From: an uncultured Ignavibacteriota bacterium
Lineage (GTDB): Bacteria; Bacteroidota; Ignavibacteria; UBA10030; UBA8401
Length of the DNA stretch: 64,000 nucleotides
Reading direction: 5' to 3'
NCBI GenBank assembly: GCA_903861125.1
Contig: CAIOTF010000013.1
Location: 1,482-65,481, forward strand
The notes beneath the pieces are model-generated. The model had not been told where the DNA came from, made no database searches, and saw only the letters and a list, made by a program, of their open reading frames with translations. A program made the position numbers and the translations under genes. Below, piece by piece: positions 8,925-19,273 of this stretch. Positions within the stretch are counted from its first letter, which is position 1. The number at the start of each line of letters is the position of its first letter.

Positions 8925-9192
8925 GCAAACTCCTTGTGTTCTATCTTTTGCCCTTGTTCGATAGAGAAGTTTTAGAATATATGGTTTTCGAATGGTGTAC
9001 AGTGAAGTCTTCTTTTAGGGCATAGGTGTCTGTACAAACCTGATACTGTAATATACAAAATAGTCCCATTCGGAACAGACGGTATTTTCAATTTCAGGAT
9101 ATTTCAAGATCATCTTCGCTAAATGAAACATTTATGTCTATCTTTGTGTTATTAAAGTAGAGACATTTAATAAAAATCAGAAGGATACAGCA

Positions 9193-9759
9193 ATGAATAA
9201 ATTCATATCCATTACGCTTATAGCACTATTATCTATCGGAACACTTATCGCTCAGGAGAATAATAAAAAAATGGAAACGCCAATATACGGTTTCACGATG
9301 AAAACGCTCGATGGAAAAGAGCGGTCACTCGCTGACTTCAAAGGCAAGGTGATTATGGTGGTCAATACCGCTTCGTTTTGCGGTTATACGCCGCAATATA
9401 AGGATCTTGAGGCTCTCTACAAGTTGTATAAGGATAAAGGGTTTGTTGTAATCGGTTTTCCGTCAAATAATTTCGGGAAACAGGAACCAGGAAACAACGG
9501 GGATATCGCCACTTTCTGCGAACGAAATTATGGCGTTACTTTTCCAATGTTCGGCAAGATAAGCGTGAAAGGGGATGATATTCATCCGCTGTATAAATAT
9601 CTTACCACTGAAACACAGTTCAAAGAAGAGATTGGTTGGAATTTCACAAAGTTTCTGGTGGATAGAAACGGCAATGTTGTCGCAAAGTTTGCATCAAAAG
9701 TGAAACCGAATGAAAAAGAAGTCATAGCTAAAATTGACGAATTGGTTGCACAGAAGTAG
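9193..9759 (+). CDS. gpx: Glutathione peroxidase (Cys-type), with an N-terminal signal peptide
   Basis: VVNTASFCGYTPQY and GFPSNNFGKQEPG motifs. The active-site residue is Cys (TGC codon), not Sec. Hydrophobic N-terminus ISITLIALLSIGTLIAQ. Confidence 0.9.
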   Translation: MNKFISITLIALLSIGTLIAQENNKKMETPIYGFTMKTLDGKERSLADFKGKVIMVVNTASFCGYTPQYKDLEALYKLYKDKGFVVIGFPSNNFGKQEPGNNGDIATFCERNYGVTFPMFGKISVKGDDIHPLYKYLTTETQFKEEIGWNFTKFLVDRNGNVVAKFASKVKPNEKEVIAKIDELVAQK

Positions 9760-9853
9760 GATCGTCGGAAGTATTCATCGTAGCGGGAGATTACTCCGAC
9801 CGCAGGATGAATCTTTGCTGACCATAATATTTTTCATCAAGTAATAAATTAAA

Positions 9854-9884
9854 GGAAACCGGGAAAACGGTTTCCTTTTTTGTT
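9854..9884 (+). terminator. Rho-independent terminator after gpx
   Basis: GGAAACCG-GGAAAA-CGGTTTCC, an 8-bp stem, then TTTTTTGTT. It overlaps the ORF-track hisD start at 9880, which argues that the true hisD start is 9898. Confidence 0.7.
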
Positions 9885-9897
9885 ATATTTCACCTGT

Positions 9898-11178
9898 ATG
9901 CTGAAAATAATCGATCTCCGAAATAAGAAAAATGGTGCTGTCCGCTTCAAACGGGAACAACCGAACAACATTGGTATTGATAAAACTGTTGCAGAGATAC
10001 TTCGTCGTGTTCGGAATGACGGTGATAAGGCGCTCCGCTATTTCACAAAGAAATTTGACGGAGCCGACATTCGTTCGTTTGCCGTTACAAGGAAAGAAAT
10101 AGCGGCTGCGCAAAAAGCCGGCGACAAACAATTTATTGGCATACTGAAAGAAGCGGTTGAAAATATCCGGATGTTTCACGCAGCTCAGGTTCGCCAGCCG
10201 TTCTCTCTCAACGTAGCAAATAATTCCCAACTTCGTCAGTTATACCGGCCGATAGAAAAGGTCGGTGTCTACGTTCCCGGAGGGAAAGCAGCGTATCCAT
10301 CCACGGTGCTGATGAACGTCATCCCCGCTCAGGTCGCAGGTGTAAAAGAAATACATCTTGTTTCTCCGCCCGATAAAAACGGAAACATTCATCCCGATGT
10401 TTTGCTCGCAGCATCGCTTCTCGGTATAACGAACGTTTATTGTGTCGGCGGTGCTCAGGCGGTTGCCGCACTTGCGTTCGGTACGGAAACAATTCCTGCT
10501 GTGGATAAGATCGTCGGCCCCGGAAATATATTTGTTGCAACAGCAAAAAAAATGGTCTACGGTACTGTCGGGATTGATAGTTTTGCAGGACCAAGCGAAG
10601 TGGTGATCCTTGCGGATAACTCGGCAGACGCTACATTTGTTGCTTCCGATCTTCTTGCACAGGCTGAACACGACGAGCGGGCAGTTCCGGTTCTCGTTAC
10701 TCCGAGCCGTTCTTTTGCCGGGAAAGTGAATAAAGAAATAAAACGGCTGATGTCGGAACTTCCCCGCAAAAATATTCTTGAAATATCTCTTCGGAATCAG
10801 GGGCGAATTTATCTTGTTGCGTCACTGCAGCATGGAATTAATGTGACCAACGAACTTGCGCCGGAGCATCTTGAAATTATTTCAACCAAAGATGAAGCAG
10901 TGTTGAAAAAGATCCGCCATGCCGGGTCCATCTTCCTCGGCAACTATTCGCCGGTTGCGATTGGTGATTATTTTGCAGGACCGAATCACGTTCTTCCGAC
11001 TGAAGGAACGGCAAGATTTTCATCCCCGCTTTCTGTTGATGATTTTATCAAGAAGTCCAGTGTGATCCAATATTCGCAGAAACGATTGGAAGATGTAGCG
11101 GAACATGCGGCTGTTTTTGCCGAAAGGGAAGGTCTCTCTGCACACGCATTATCATTACGGATAAGGAAGAGAAACTGA
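9898..11178 (+). CDS. hisD: Histidinol dehydrogenase
   Basis: HisD-like along its length (VYVPGGKAAYPSTVLMNVIPAQVAGV, GPGNIFVATAKK). The start is moved to the Met at 9898, downstream of the terminator. Confidence 0.9.
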   Translation: MLKIIDLRNKKNGAVRFKREQPNNIGIDKTVAEILRRVRNDGDKALRYFTKKFDGADIRSFAVTRKEIAAAQKAGDKQFIGILKEAVENIRMFHAAQVRQPFSLNVANNSQLRQLYRPIEKVGVYVPGGKAAYPSTVLMNVIPAQVAGVKEIHLVSPPDKNGNIHPDVLLAASLLGITNVYCVGGAQAVAALAFGTETIPAVDKIVGPGNIFVATAKKMVYGTVGIDSFAGPSEVVILADNSADATFVASDLLAQAEHDERAVPVLVTPSRSFAGKVNKEIKRLMSELPRKNILEISLRNQGRIYLVASLQHGINVTNELAPEHLEIISTKDEAVLKKIRHAGSIFLGNYSPVAIGDYFAGPNHVLPTEGTARFSSPLSVDDFIKKSSVIQYSQKRLEDVAEHAAVFAEREGLSAHALSLRIRKRN

Positions 11179-11182
11179 TAGT

Positions 11183-12256
11183 ATGTCTTTTTTGAAGCAT
11201 ATAAAACCATCGATCGTAAAACTTGAGGCGTATACCGTAAAAAGTATTCCTCTTTCCTCCGAACTGATTAAACTCAATCAGAACGAGAATCCTTTTGACT
11301 TGCCGGAATATTTGAAACGTGAGATTGCCGAGGAATTCCTTCTCCAACCGTGGAATCGCTATCCGGATGTTTTCCCGTCCCGATTAATCGAAGCTCTTTC
11401 TGAATATACGGGCATGCCGGCGGAAAGCATTATTGCGGCGAATGGTTCAAACGAGCTGATGTACACGATCTTGATGACGATCGTATCAAAAGGGACAAAA
11501 GTGTTGATCCCGACACCGACTTTTTTCCTGTATGAGAAGATCGTGAATGTGCTGGAAGGAACATTGATCTGCGTTCCGGCAAACCATGATCTGTTGTTCG
11601 ATGTTGAGTCGATTATCGCCGTCGCAAAAAGGGAACAACCGTCGCTTATAATCCTTAATTCACCGAATAGTCCGACGGGGCAGATGATTTCAATGAATGA
11701 TGTCGAAAGAATAATCACTGAAACCGATGCGATCGTGTTGGTGGATGAAGCGTACATCGAATTTGCCGATCATCCATCCGTATTGCCTCTGCTGAAACAG
11801 TATGACAGGCTCATTATCCTCCGTACATTTTCAAAGGCATTTTCACTGGCAGGTTTGCGGATCGGATATTTGCTGGCACAGCCTGCAGTATGTTCCGAAT
11901 TGCTGAAGCCAAAAATACCATTTACGGTTAATAATTTTTCATCGGCAGCAGCAGTCAAATTGATGCATAAAAAAGAATTGATTTTAGAGCGAATCCTGTA
12001 TATCAAGACTCAGAAAGATTATTTATACCGTGAATTGTCTGGAATCAATGACATCAAAGTCTTTTCTTCACAGACAAATTTTCTTATCTTTCAAGTAAAG
12101 AATAATGTAAAACTGCTGTTTGAAAAACTGTTTGCCGCAAATGTCTTGATCCGCGATGTAAGTTCTTATCCGATGCTGGAAAACACACTTCGGGTGAACG
12201 CCGGAACGGAGGCTGAAAACAAATCCTTCCTGACAGCATTGAAAAAATATTTGTGA
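11183..12256 (+). CDS. hisC: Histidinol-phosphate aminotransferase
   Basis: Class I/II aminotransferase with the PLP-lysine region FSKAFSLAGLRIGY. Directly follows hisD. Confidence 0.85.
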   Translation: MSFLKHIKPSIVKLEAYTVKSIPLSSELIKLNQNENPFDLPEYLKREIAEEFLLQPWNRYPDVFPSRLIEALSEYTGMPAESIIAANGSNELMYTILMTIVSKGTKVLIPTPTFFLYEKIVNVLEGTLICVPANHDLLFDVESIIAVAKREQPSLIILNSPNSPTGQMISMNDVERIITETDAIVLVDEAYIEFADHPSVLPLLKQYDRLIILRTFSKAFSLAGLRIGYLLAQPAVCSELLKPKIPFTVNNFSSAAAVKLMHKKELILERILYIKTQKDYLYRELSGINDIKVFSSQTNFLIFQVKNNVKLLFEKLFAANVLIRDVSSYPMLENTLRVNAGTEAENKSFLTALKKYL

Positions 12257-12314
12257 TCCATGGATTTTTTATATCGCAGCGATTTGGGAAATTCATACAA
12301 AGCGTAGGAGTGTA

Positions 12315-13061
12315 ATGAAAATATTAGTTTTTGTAAACCATGTTCCCGATACGGAAACAAAAGTAAAAATTGGATCGGATGGAAAAGTAATCGATCCGGC
12401 TGGAGTGAATTATATGCTCAATCCGTACGATGAGATCGGTGTTGAAGAAGCGCTTAAAACAAAACAACAGTTCGGCGGCGAAGTTGTTGTTGTTTCGCTC
12501 GGCGGTGATCCAAACAAAGAAACGCTCCGCAAAGCGCTGGCGATGGGTTGTGACAAGGCGGTGCTGCTGAAAGATCCGGCGATTCGTGATTCATATGCTG
12601 TTGCACGTTCTCTTGCAGACTATGCAAAAGAATACGGAGCTGACGTAATATTTTGCGGTAAACAATCGATCGATTATGACGATGCGCAGGTAGGCGGACT
12701 TATTGCGGAAATGTTGGGGATACCATCGGTTTCGGTTGTTGTTAAATTGGAAATAAAAGAGGGGCACTTCATAGCGGAGAGGGAAATTGAAGGAGGACAT
12801 GAAATCGTCCACTCCAAACTTCCCGCAGTCATTACGGCGCAAAAAGGTTTGAACGAACCGAGATACCCTTCTCTGAAAGGGATCATGGATGCAAAACGTA
12901 AACCGATAGAAGAAAAAGTGCCGAATGCCGTGGAATCGCGGGTAGTTACGGAAGTAATGCGAAAACCGCCTGCTAAAGCGCAAGGGAAGATCGTCGGTTC
13001 AGATGCTTCTGCAGCCGCAGAACTTGTCCGCTTATTGCACGAAGAAGCAAAAGTGATTTAA
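12315..13061 (+). CDS. etfB: Electron transfer flavoprotein beta subunit
   Basis: MKILVFVNHVPDTETKVKI N-terminus typical of EtfB. 248 aa. Followed by etfA. Confidence 0.85.
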   Translation: MKILVFVNHVPDTETKVKIGSDGKVIDPAGVNYMLNPYDEIGVEEALKTKQQFGGEVVVVSLGGDPNKETLRKALAMGCDKAVLLKDPAIRDSYAVARSLADYAKEYGADVIFCGKQSIDYDDAQVGGLIAEMLGIPSVSVVVKLEIKEGHFIAEREIEGGHEIVHSKLPAVITAQKGLNEPRYPSLKGIMDAKRKPIEEKVPNAVESRVVTEVMRKPPAKAQGKIVGSDASAAAELVRLLHEEAKVI

Positions 13062-13082
13062 CAATTTTTATTCCGGAAGAAT

Positions 13083-14063
13083 GTGTTTATGAAAATATTA
13101 GCATTTGCTGAACAACGAAACGGTCAATTCAAAAAAACTGCTTTTGAAATTGTGAAAGCGGCAAAAACTGTCGCAGATCAATTAAACGGTGAAGTTATTG
13201 CGGTCGTCATCGGAAAAGATATTGCATCAATAGCCGGACAGCTTGGCGGATTTGGCGCAGCGAAAGTGATTGCAGTGGAAGATGCGCGCCTTGAGTTATA
13301 TTCAACAACCGCGTACTCAAAAGTTATTGCGGATGTTGCAACGGCGCAATCAGCCTCAATCCTTATGCTTCCCGCAAGCGAAATGGGAAAAGATGTGGCG
13401 CCGCGTGTTGCAGTGAAATTGAACGGAGGCCTTGCGGCAGGTTGTACGATGCTCACCGTTGAGAATGGATCCGTGAAAGCTGCCCGCCCTGTGTATGCCG
13501 GCAAAGGACTTGTTGATGTTGTTGTAACGACTTCAACGAAAATATTCACATTGCGTCCCAACGTTTTTACGGCAGGGAATTCAACGGATTCTTCGGCGGT
13601 TGTTGAAACGATGAAGATCGAATTTTCCGACGCTGATTTCTCTGCGGCAGTTAAAGAGGTAAAAGCGGCAAGCGGAAAAAAAGATGTAGCCGAAGCGGAT
13701 ATCATCGTTTCCGGAGGGAGAGGATTGAAAGGCCCCGAGAATTTTGCTATGATCGAAGATCTTGCCGGCACACTTGGTGCGGCCGTCGGTGCTTCGCGTG
13801 CGGCGGTGGATGCGGGCTGGAGAACGCATGATGAGCAGGTAGGTCAAACAGGGAAAACGGTATCGCCCTCTCTGTATGTGGCCGTGGCAATTTCGGGTGC
13901 CGTGCAGCATTTGGCCGGCATGTCATCGTCAAAATATATTGTGGCAGTTAATAAAGATAAAGATGCGCCGATATTTTCCATAGCGGATTATGGAATCGTA
14001 GGGGATGCTTTTGAGGTTATTCCCGCGATCACAGCAGAAGTAAAGAAGTTGCTGGGCAAGTAA
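13083..14063 (+). CDS. etfA: Electron transfer flavoprotein alpha subunit
   Basis: C-terminal FAD-binding region SGGRGLKGPENF...QVGQTGKTVSP...YVAVAISGAVQH. Confidence 0.9.
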   Translation: MFMKILAFAEQRNGQFKKTAFEIVKAAKTVADQLNGEVIAVVIGKDIASIAGQLGGFGAAKVIAVEDARLELYSTTAYSKVIADVATAQSASILMLPASEMGKDVAPRVAVKLNGGLAAGCTMLTVENGSVKAARPVYAGKGLVDVVVTTSTKIFTLRPNVFTAGNSTDSSAVVETMKIEFSDADFSAAVKEVKAASGKKDVAEADIIVSGGRGLKGPENFAMIEDLAGTLGAAVGASRAAVDAGWRTHDEQVGQTGKTVSPSLYVAVAISGAVQHLAGMSSSKYIVAVNKDKDAPIFSIADYGIVGDAFEVIPAITAEVKKLLGK

Positions 14064-14130
14064 CCCGTAATCTTGCACATGGCCATGAAATTCGATATAC
14101 TCGCTGTAACGAAGAATTAGGAGAATCATA

Positions 14131-14715
14131 GTGGAGAAAATTCAGGTAGATATACTCGGATTATCGACAAGTCCATCCAGTGCCGGTGCCTATGCTTTGA
14201 TCTTGAAGGAAACGAACGGCAAACGGAAATTGCCGATCATCATCGGAGCCTTTGAAGCACAATCCATCGCACTCGAACTTGAGGGAATGAAACCGCCGCG
14301 TCCGCTGACCCATGATCTGATGCGGAACATCATTGATTTATTTGCGGTATCGTTAAATGAAGTCTGCATCAATGAGCTTCGTGATGGCACGTTTTATGCG
14401 AAACTGACTATTGAAGGTTTAAGCGAGACGCAGGAAGTTGATTCGCGTCCGAGTGATGCTATAGCGTTGGCTGTTCGTTACGGTGCGCCGATCTACGTAG
14501 GGGAAGAAGTACTGAACGAAGCCGGTGTTATTTCCGATGATGACGAGGAGAGCGACGACACAGATCTTAAGGAAGCAGCAGAGCAGATCAAAAAGCCATT
14601 AACAAAACTTGAACAGCTGCAAACGTCATTGAAAGAGGCGATTGAGAAAGAAGAATACGAAAAAGCGGCAAAGTTAAGGGATGACATTAGAAAACTGGGA
14701 ATTATGGATCAATAA
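14131..14715 (+). CDS. Bifunctional nuclease (BFN/DUF151) with a C-terminal UVR motif
   Basis: GTG start. UVR-type helix EEYEKAAKLRDDIRKL at the C-terminus. 194 aa. Confidence 0.65.
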   Translation: MEKIQVDILGLSTSPSSAGAYALILKETNGKRKLPIIIGAFEAQSIALELEGMKPPRPLTHDLMRNIIDLFAVSLNEVCINELRDGTFYAKLTIEGLSETQEVDSRPSDAIALAVRYGAPIYVGEEVLNEAGVISDDDEESDDTDLKEAAEQIKKPLTKLEQLQTSLKEAIEKEEYEKAAKLRDDIRKLGIMDQ

Positions 14716-14744
14716 AAAAACCGCGAAAGCGGTTTTTTTATTTT
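14714..14744. terminator. Bidirectional terminator between the BFN gene (+) and pdxJ (-)
   Basis: AAAAAAACCGC-GAAA-GCGGTTTTTTT, a CCGC/GCGG stem flanked by complementary A and T tracts. Confidence 0.75.
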
Positions 14745-15451
14745 ACGAGAGCAAGCATTTCTCGTACCGCTTGTTCAAGTCCGATAAAAGCGGCGCGTGA
14801 AATAATAGAATGGCCAATGCTCATTTCATCGATCTGCGGTATTGCCGCTACTGCTTGTACATTTACGTAATTCAAACCGTGTCCTGCATTTACTGCAAGG
14901 CCTAATTGTTTTCCCAATTGCGCTGCAACAGAAATCTCATTCAGCAGCCGTTGTAATTCGTGAGCATCTTTTGCCTCCGCATATTCTCCGGTGTGAAGTT
15001 CGATCATATCGGAACCGATCGCGCGCGCTGCTTCAATCTGTGCTTTCACGGGGTCAATGAAGAGACTTACCGGAATATTTTTTGAGTGAAATAATTCAAT
15101 AACCCGTTTCAATTTCTCTTTGTGGGCAATAACATCAAGGCCCCCTTCGGTTGTCAGCTCCTGACGTTTTTCTGGGACCAGTGTGACAAGATTGGGAACA
15201 ATTTGCAGTGCGATCGATACGATCTCATCTGATGCGCCCATTTCTAAATCGAGTTTTGTTGTTATTGTTTCCCGCAGTTTCCATACATCATGATCCTTGA
15301 TATGCCGCCGGTCTTCCCGAAGATGCACAACTATTCCGTCGGCTCCGGCGAGTTCGCATATTCTCGCAGCTTCAACCGGATCCGGCTCCGTTCCGCCCCG
15401 TGCATTGCGCAACGTAGCGATATGATCAATATTGATGCAAAGGTTCATCAT
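14738..15451 (-). CDS. pdxJ: Pyridoxine 5'-phosphate synthase
   Basis: INIDHIATLRNARGG...HLREDRRHI signature. 237 aa. Confidence 0.9.
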   Translation of the reverse strand: MMNLCINIDHIATLRNARGGTEPDPVEAARICELAGADGIVVHLREDRRHIKDHDVWKLRETITTKLDLEMGASDEIVSIALQIVPNLVTLVPEKRQELTTEGGLDVIAHKEKLKRVIELFHSKNIPVSLFIDPVKAQIEAARAIGSDMIELHTGEYAEAKDAHELQRLLNEISVAAQLGKQLGLAVNAGHGLNYVNVQAVAAIPQIDEMSIGHSIISRAAFIGLEQAVREMLALVK

Positions 15452-15565
15452 TCCATCAAAAATTACATAATTTCAGCGATTATTCAAAGGAGTTGCCAAT
15501 ATAAAGTCGTAACTTTATGAAGCAGGAATCGTAAAAAAAATAACACATTTCTTTTAGGAGAAGCC

Positions 15566-17236
15566 ATGAAACACGCTTACTATTTTTTTCTGATCCTCTG
15601 CATTTTCTTTTCTCTTTCAACGGCGCAGACCGGTGAGGTGCCGGAACAAAACGATGAAAAACGGGTCGAGCAAACTACGGAGAATTTCGAAAAATTCGTT
15701 GAAAGCATCGTTGACCGCGTAGAAAAACAGATCGGCAGTATGGTGGAGGAACGGTCTCAGCATGTTGAATACAATAATGAGCATTCCGGACAAGACCAGG
15801 AAAAAGAATATCCCAAATCTTCATCAAATGCAGTAACGTTCAACGGCAACACTGAAATTGCCGAAACTGACACCGTGCAGGGTGATCTGGTTGTTAAGAA
15901 TGGAACGTTAACGGTCCGCGGAACAGTCGTCGGGGATGTGCTTGTGGTCAATGGCGATATCGAATTGAAAAGCAGATCACGAGTGCTTGGTAATGTGCGC
16001 ACTATGAACGGCAGCATCACAAAAGATGAACGTTCATATGTAGAAGGATATACTGAGCAGTCACTGAATTCCTCTCCGAAAAATAGTAAAAGAAAAAATA
16101 CTCTCCGGACGAAATATTCATACTCCTTCAAACCGTATTTTCTGAATAGCGGAAATGATATTGATGACAATATTCTGTTTCGCTACAATCGTGTTGAAGG
16201 AATATTCTTCGGATTCGGTTCGGAGAAAAAATATTATTGGGATGGCAGTAAAGTGATCTCCGGCTACGGTTCCTTTGGCTACGGATTTGCATCGCATAAA
16301 TGGCGCCTGCAGTTAGGCCTCGACCGTCAATTTGCCGCATCGGATGAAATTCTGTTTGAAAGCGGCGGTGAAGTTCATAGTTTGACTGATACAAAAGATG
16401 AATGGATCATGAATCTCGGCGAAAATAACCTTGCAGCGCTTTTCTTCCGGGAAGACTTCCGGGATTATTTTCAGCGTGAAGGATTTTCCCTGCATTCTGC
16501 ACTGTATACGAAAAAGGGCGATTTCTCGGGAATGCTGGATGTAAGATTCCTGAATGACCGGTATGCATCGTTGGACAATAGGGCCCGGTGGGGAGTATTT
16601 GGAAGCAATGAATTTCGGAATAATCCGTTCGTGAATGTCGGGACGATGAAGAGTATTTCTTTAAGCGCGGTTATTAGTACAGTAGAAAAATACCGTTATC
16701 GTTCGGAAGGGTGGAACGTATTTCTCCGTGGTGAATACGCAGGGAGAGAACTCGGAGGAGATTTTGGCTTTACGCAGACCGTCATCGATATCCGCCGCTT
16801 CCAGCCGCTTTCGGATGACGATCAAATTAATCTGAGGGTCAGAGCCGGTGCGTTAGAAGGAAATCCTATCATCCAAAAATCCTTTGAGCTGGGTGGCGCG
16901 AACACTATGCCGGCGTATGGATTCAAAGAATTTGCAGGCAACAGAATGCTGCTTGGAAATCTTGAATACAGAATCAGCGGTGATCTTATCGATAACATAC
17001 CGTTTTGGCCGAATAGTTTAAGTTTGATTGCGTTCGGCGATGCAGGGGCTGTAACGAATGTTAAAACAGCATTGGCTGTCTACGAAGGATTCTCGTCAAT
17101 CCAATCATCGCGGGTGAAGTCTGATTATGGATTTGCCATTGCCTGGCACGATGGCGATGCCCGATTAGGATTTGCTTGGAGAACAGATAAACAGCAGCCG
17201 GTATCAATATTTTTCAGGCTTAACCGTTCATTCTAA
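15566..17236 (+). CDS. Outer-membrane protein: signal peptide, bactofilin-like beta-helix repeat region and C-terminal beta-barrel
   Basis: Signal peptide FFLILCIFFSLSTAQ. Repeat region GDLVVKNGTLTVRGTVVGDVLVVNGDIELKSRSRVLGNV resembles the polymer-forming (bactofilin/CcmA) fold. C-terminal region with alternating hydrophobic residues ends in ...FFRLNRSF (terminal Phe, typical of OM beta-barrels). Confidence 0.5.
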   Translation: MKHAYYFFLILCIFFSLSTAQTGEVPEQNDEKRVEQTTENFEKFVESIVDRVEKQIGSMVEERSQHVEYNNEHSGQDQEKEYPKSSSNAVTFNGNTEIAETDTVQGDLVVKNGTLTVRGTVVGDVLVVNGDIELKSRSRVLGNVRTMNGSITKDERSYVEGYTEQSLNSSPKNSKRKNTLRTKYSYSFKPYFLNSGNDIDDNILFRYNRVEGIFFGFGSEKKYYWDGSKVISGYGSFGYGFASHKWRLQLGLDRQFAASDEILFESGGEVHSLTDTKDEWIMNLGENNLAALFFREDFRDYFQREGFSLHSALYTKKGDFSGMLDVRFLNDRYASLDNRARWGVFGSNEFRNNPFVNVGTMKSISLSAVISTVEKYRYRSEGWNVFLRGEYAGRELGGDFGFTQTVIDIRRFQPLSDDDQINLRVRAGALEGNPIIQKSFELGGANTMPAYGFKEFAGNRMLLGNLEYRISGDLIDNIPFWPNSLSLIAFGDAGAVTNVKTALAVYEGFSSIQSSRVKSDYGFAIAWHDGDARLGFAWRTDKQQPVSIFFRLNRSF

Positions 17237-17263
17237 AGAGATGATTGCAATCGTATGATAAAA

Positions 17264-17292
17264 AACCTTCCGGGAAAACGGGAGGTTTTTTA
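17264..17292. terminator. Bidirectional terminator between convergent genes
   Basis: AAAAAACCTTCCG-GGAAAA-CGGGAGGTTTTTT. Confidence 0.7.
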
Positions 17293-18207
17293 TTTTCGGA
17301 CCACATATTGGATTTTAATAGGATTTTGCTGCACGATCTTTACGTTCTCAGGGCCGACGATAGTAGGATGGATCATACCGCTGGTATCTAAAAGAATGGA
17401 TTTGTAATCAATGAAAGCATAAAAATCCTTTTCGGTGAGATTGGCAATATTGTTCACGCCGGAACGGATAATGATGGAGATCTTCGGCGGTATCAGAACG
17501 ACATTTCGTCTTTCCGGTACTTGAACGATCTCAATAGGAACATCAGTAATGGTCTTCTCTGCAATCGGTTGCACATCAAAACTAATGGATGCTACAGACG
17601 TTGAACGTGATATCTCAAAACGAAGAGAATCTTTTAATGTTGTTTTTAATGTAAGCGGTATGTTGATGTCGCTTAAAACAACGGTTTCAGTTTGCCATTC
17701 TTGAATGTTGTTCAGTAATGAGCGGGCGCCGGTCAATACAACACTGTCGGGATTGGTTTTGATAGAACCGACGATACCGAATCCTTCCCTGTACGAAGCA
17801 TTCACTACGCCTACGATCGGGACTTTTTTTGTTACCTTATCATCCAGACTGACAATGACAGTATCCGGTGTGGTTCCCAGGATTTTTATTGCGCCTAAAG
17901 TTTTGAGGTGTTCATTCAATTCTCTTGATGTTATGATAACATCATTCCCGGACAGTGACGCAAAGTCAATAGTAAAATTCAGCGCAGGAGAGATAAGCGT
18001 ATTTATTAACTGCCATCCGGTCCCCTGTATATCGGTTCGAACTGATTTCGGAAGAGGAAGAGCAATTGCTTGATCGTCACGCAGATGTTCGATCTTTATG
18101 GGGATATCGACAACGGTATGGAATTGATACCCAAGATTTACGGATATCCAGACTAAGAATGCAAAGATGAGGGAAAAAAGTATTATTGGAAGCTTGCGCT
18201 CTTTCAT
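17290..18207 (-). CDS. YbbR-like domain-containing protein (membrane-anchored)
   Basis: Repeated ~80-aa YbbR-type beta-rich domains. The likely start is MKERKLPIILFSLIFAFLVWISV (an N-terminal TM anchor) at 18207 rather than the ORF-track start at 18255. Confidence 0.5.
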   Translation of the reverse strand: MKERKLPIILFSLIFAFLVWISVNLGYQFHTVVDIPIKIEHLRDDQAIALPLPKSVRTDIQGTGWQLINTLISPALNFTIDFASLSGNDVIITSRELNEHLKTLGAIKILGTTPDTVIVSLDDKVTKKVPIVGVVNASYREGFGIVGSIKTNPDSVVLTGARSLLNNIQEWQTETVVLSDINIPLTLKTTLKDSLRFEISRSTSVASISFDVQPIAEKTITDVPIEIVQVPERRNVVLIPPKISIIIRSGVNNIANLTEKDFYAFIDYKSILLDTSGMIHPTIVGPENVKIVQQNPIKIQYVVRK

Positions 18208-18361
18208 TAAGAGAATATAACAAGCGTACCGTGGATATTCAATAATGCAGATCAAATATTTTTTATCTGGAATCTTGTACTACATTGCTTCTTCTTTTGG
18301 TAAATGGTATCTTTTTTCACGACGGTATACAATTTCCTATGAATAACAATACCAAAAAATT

Positions 18362-19273
18362 ATGAAACAGTCTCAAGACGGCCAGATCGAAAAAAATTAT
18401 TTGCTGCAGGAAGAAAACATCAAAAATCATGCGTTATACAAGGATGACAGACTGTTTCACATCCATAATCAAAATTGTCTTGGTTATAAAATAGCATCAT
18501 TTCCTTTGAATGTGCTCTCTCCTTTTTTTGATACTGAAAAAACGTGGCTTACGGTTGGGGATTATAACGGATTGGAGGCAAACTATTTGCAGCAGCGCAA
18601 TCAGAAAGTGGTTGCATCCGATCTTTCCGATGCTCTTCTGAAAGAAGCTCACAACGAAGGTCTTGTGAAAGAGTATAGTAAACAGAATGTTGAACACCTG
18701 ACCTATGAAAATAATGCATTCGATTATCTTATCTGTAAAGAAGCATTCCATCATTTCCCGAAGGCGTATTATGCAATTTACGAAATGCTCAGGGTCAGTA
18801 ACAGCGCAGTGATTCTTTTGCAGGAACCGATCGACATCATAGCCAAGATGCCGTTGCTTCTTCTGATCAAAAACGTGCTCGACAGGATCAATCCATTGCT
18901 GATCAACAAAATATGGAAAAACCGGTTTTCATTTGAAGTTGTAGGGAATTATATTTTTAAAATATCCGAGCGGGAGATTGAAAAAATTGCCATGGGTATA
19001 GGCCTTCCTTGTGTTGCATTCCTCGGCCAGAACTTGTTTCGCAGTGATAAGAAAAAAATTGAAGGAATGAGTGATGTTCCTTTAAATCAAAAAGGATGGA
19101 ACCAGGTTAAACGGGATATTGCCATCAGAGATTTTTTTTGCAAATTAGAAATCATACCATATTCTTCCCTCACATGCGTTATGTTTAAAGTCCCGCCATC
19201 CGAAAAAATGCGGAAGGAAATGAAACAGCTCGGGTTTACAATTATTGACCTTCCAAAGAACCCATATCTGTAA
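18362..19273 (+). CDS. Class I SAM-dependent methyltransferase-like protein
   Basis: LTVGDYNG (degenerate motif I), VVASDLSD (motif II acidic residue), FDYLICKEAFHHF. 303 aa. Confidence 0.4.
   Translation: MKQSQDGQIEKNYLLQEENIKNHALYKDDRLFHIHNQNCLGYKIASFPLNVLSPFFDTEKTWLTVGDYNGLEANYLQQRNQKVVASDLSDALLKEAHNEGLVKEYSKQNVEHLTYENNAFDYLICKEAFHHFPKAYYAIYEMLRVSNSAVILLQEPIDIIAKMPLLLLIKNVLDRINPLLINKIWKNRFSFEVVGNYIFKISEREIEKIAMGIGLPCVAFLGQNLFRSDKKKIEGMSDVPLNQKGWNQVKRDIAIRDFFCKLEIIPYSSLTCVMFKVPPSEKMRKEMKQLGFTIIDLPKNPYL

Noticed and set aside
8925-9192. Short inverted repeats upstream of gpx (ATGTCT...AGACAT with a 21-nt spacer; GGTGTACAG / GGTGTCTGTACA) as an OxyR/PerR-type operator
   Set aside because: The arms are only 5 to 6 bp and imperfect, which is expected by chance in AT-rich DNA. 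This is not strong enough to call without comparative data.
9193-9759. A possible selenocysteine-containing glutathione peroxidase
   Set aside because: The active-site residue in NTASFCGYT is encoded by TGC (Cys). There is no in-frame TGA and no SECIS-like hairpin downstream.
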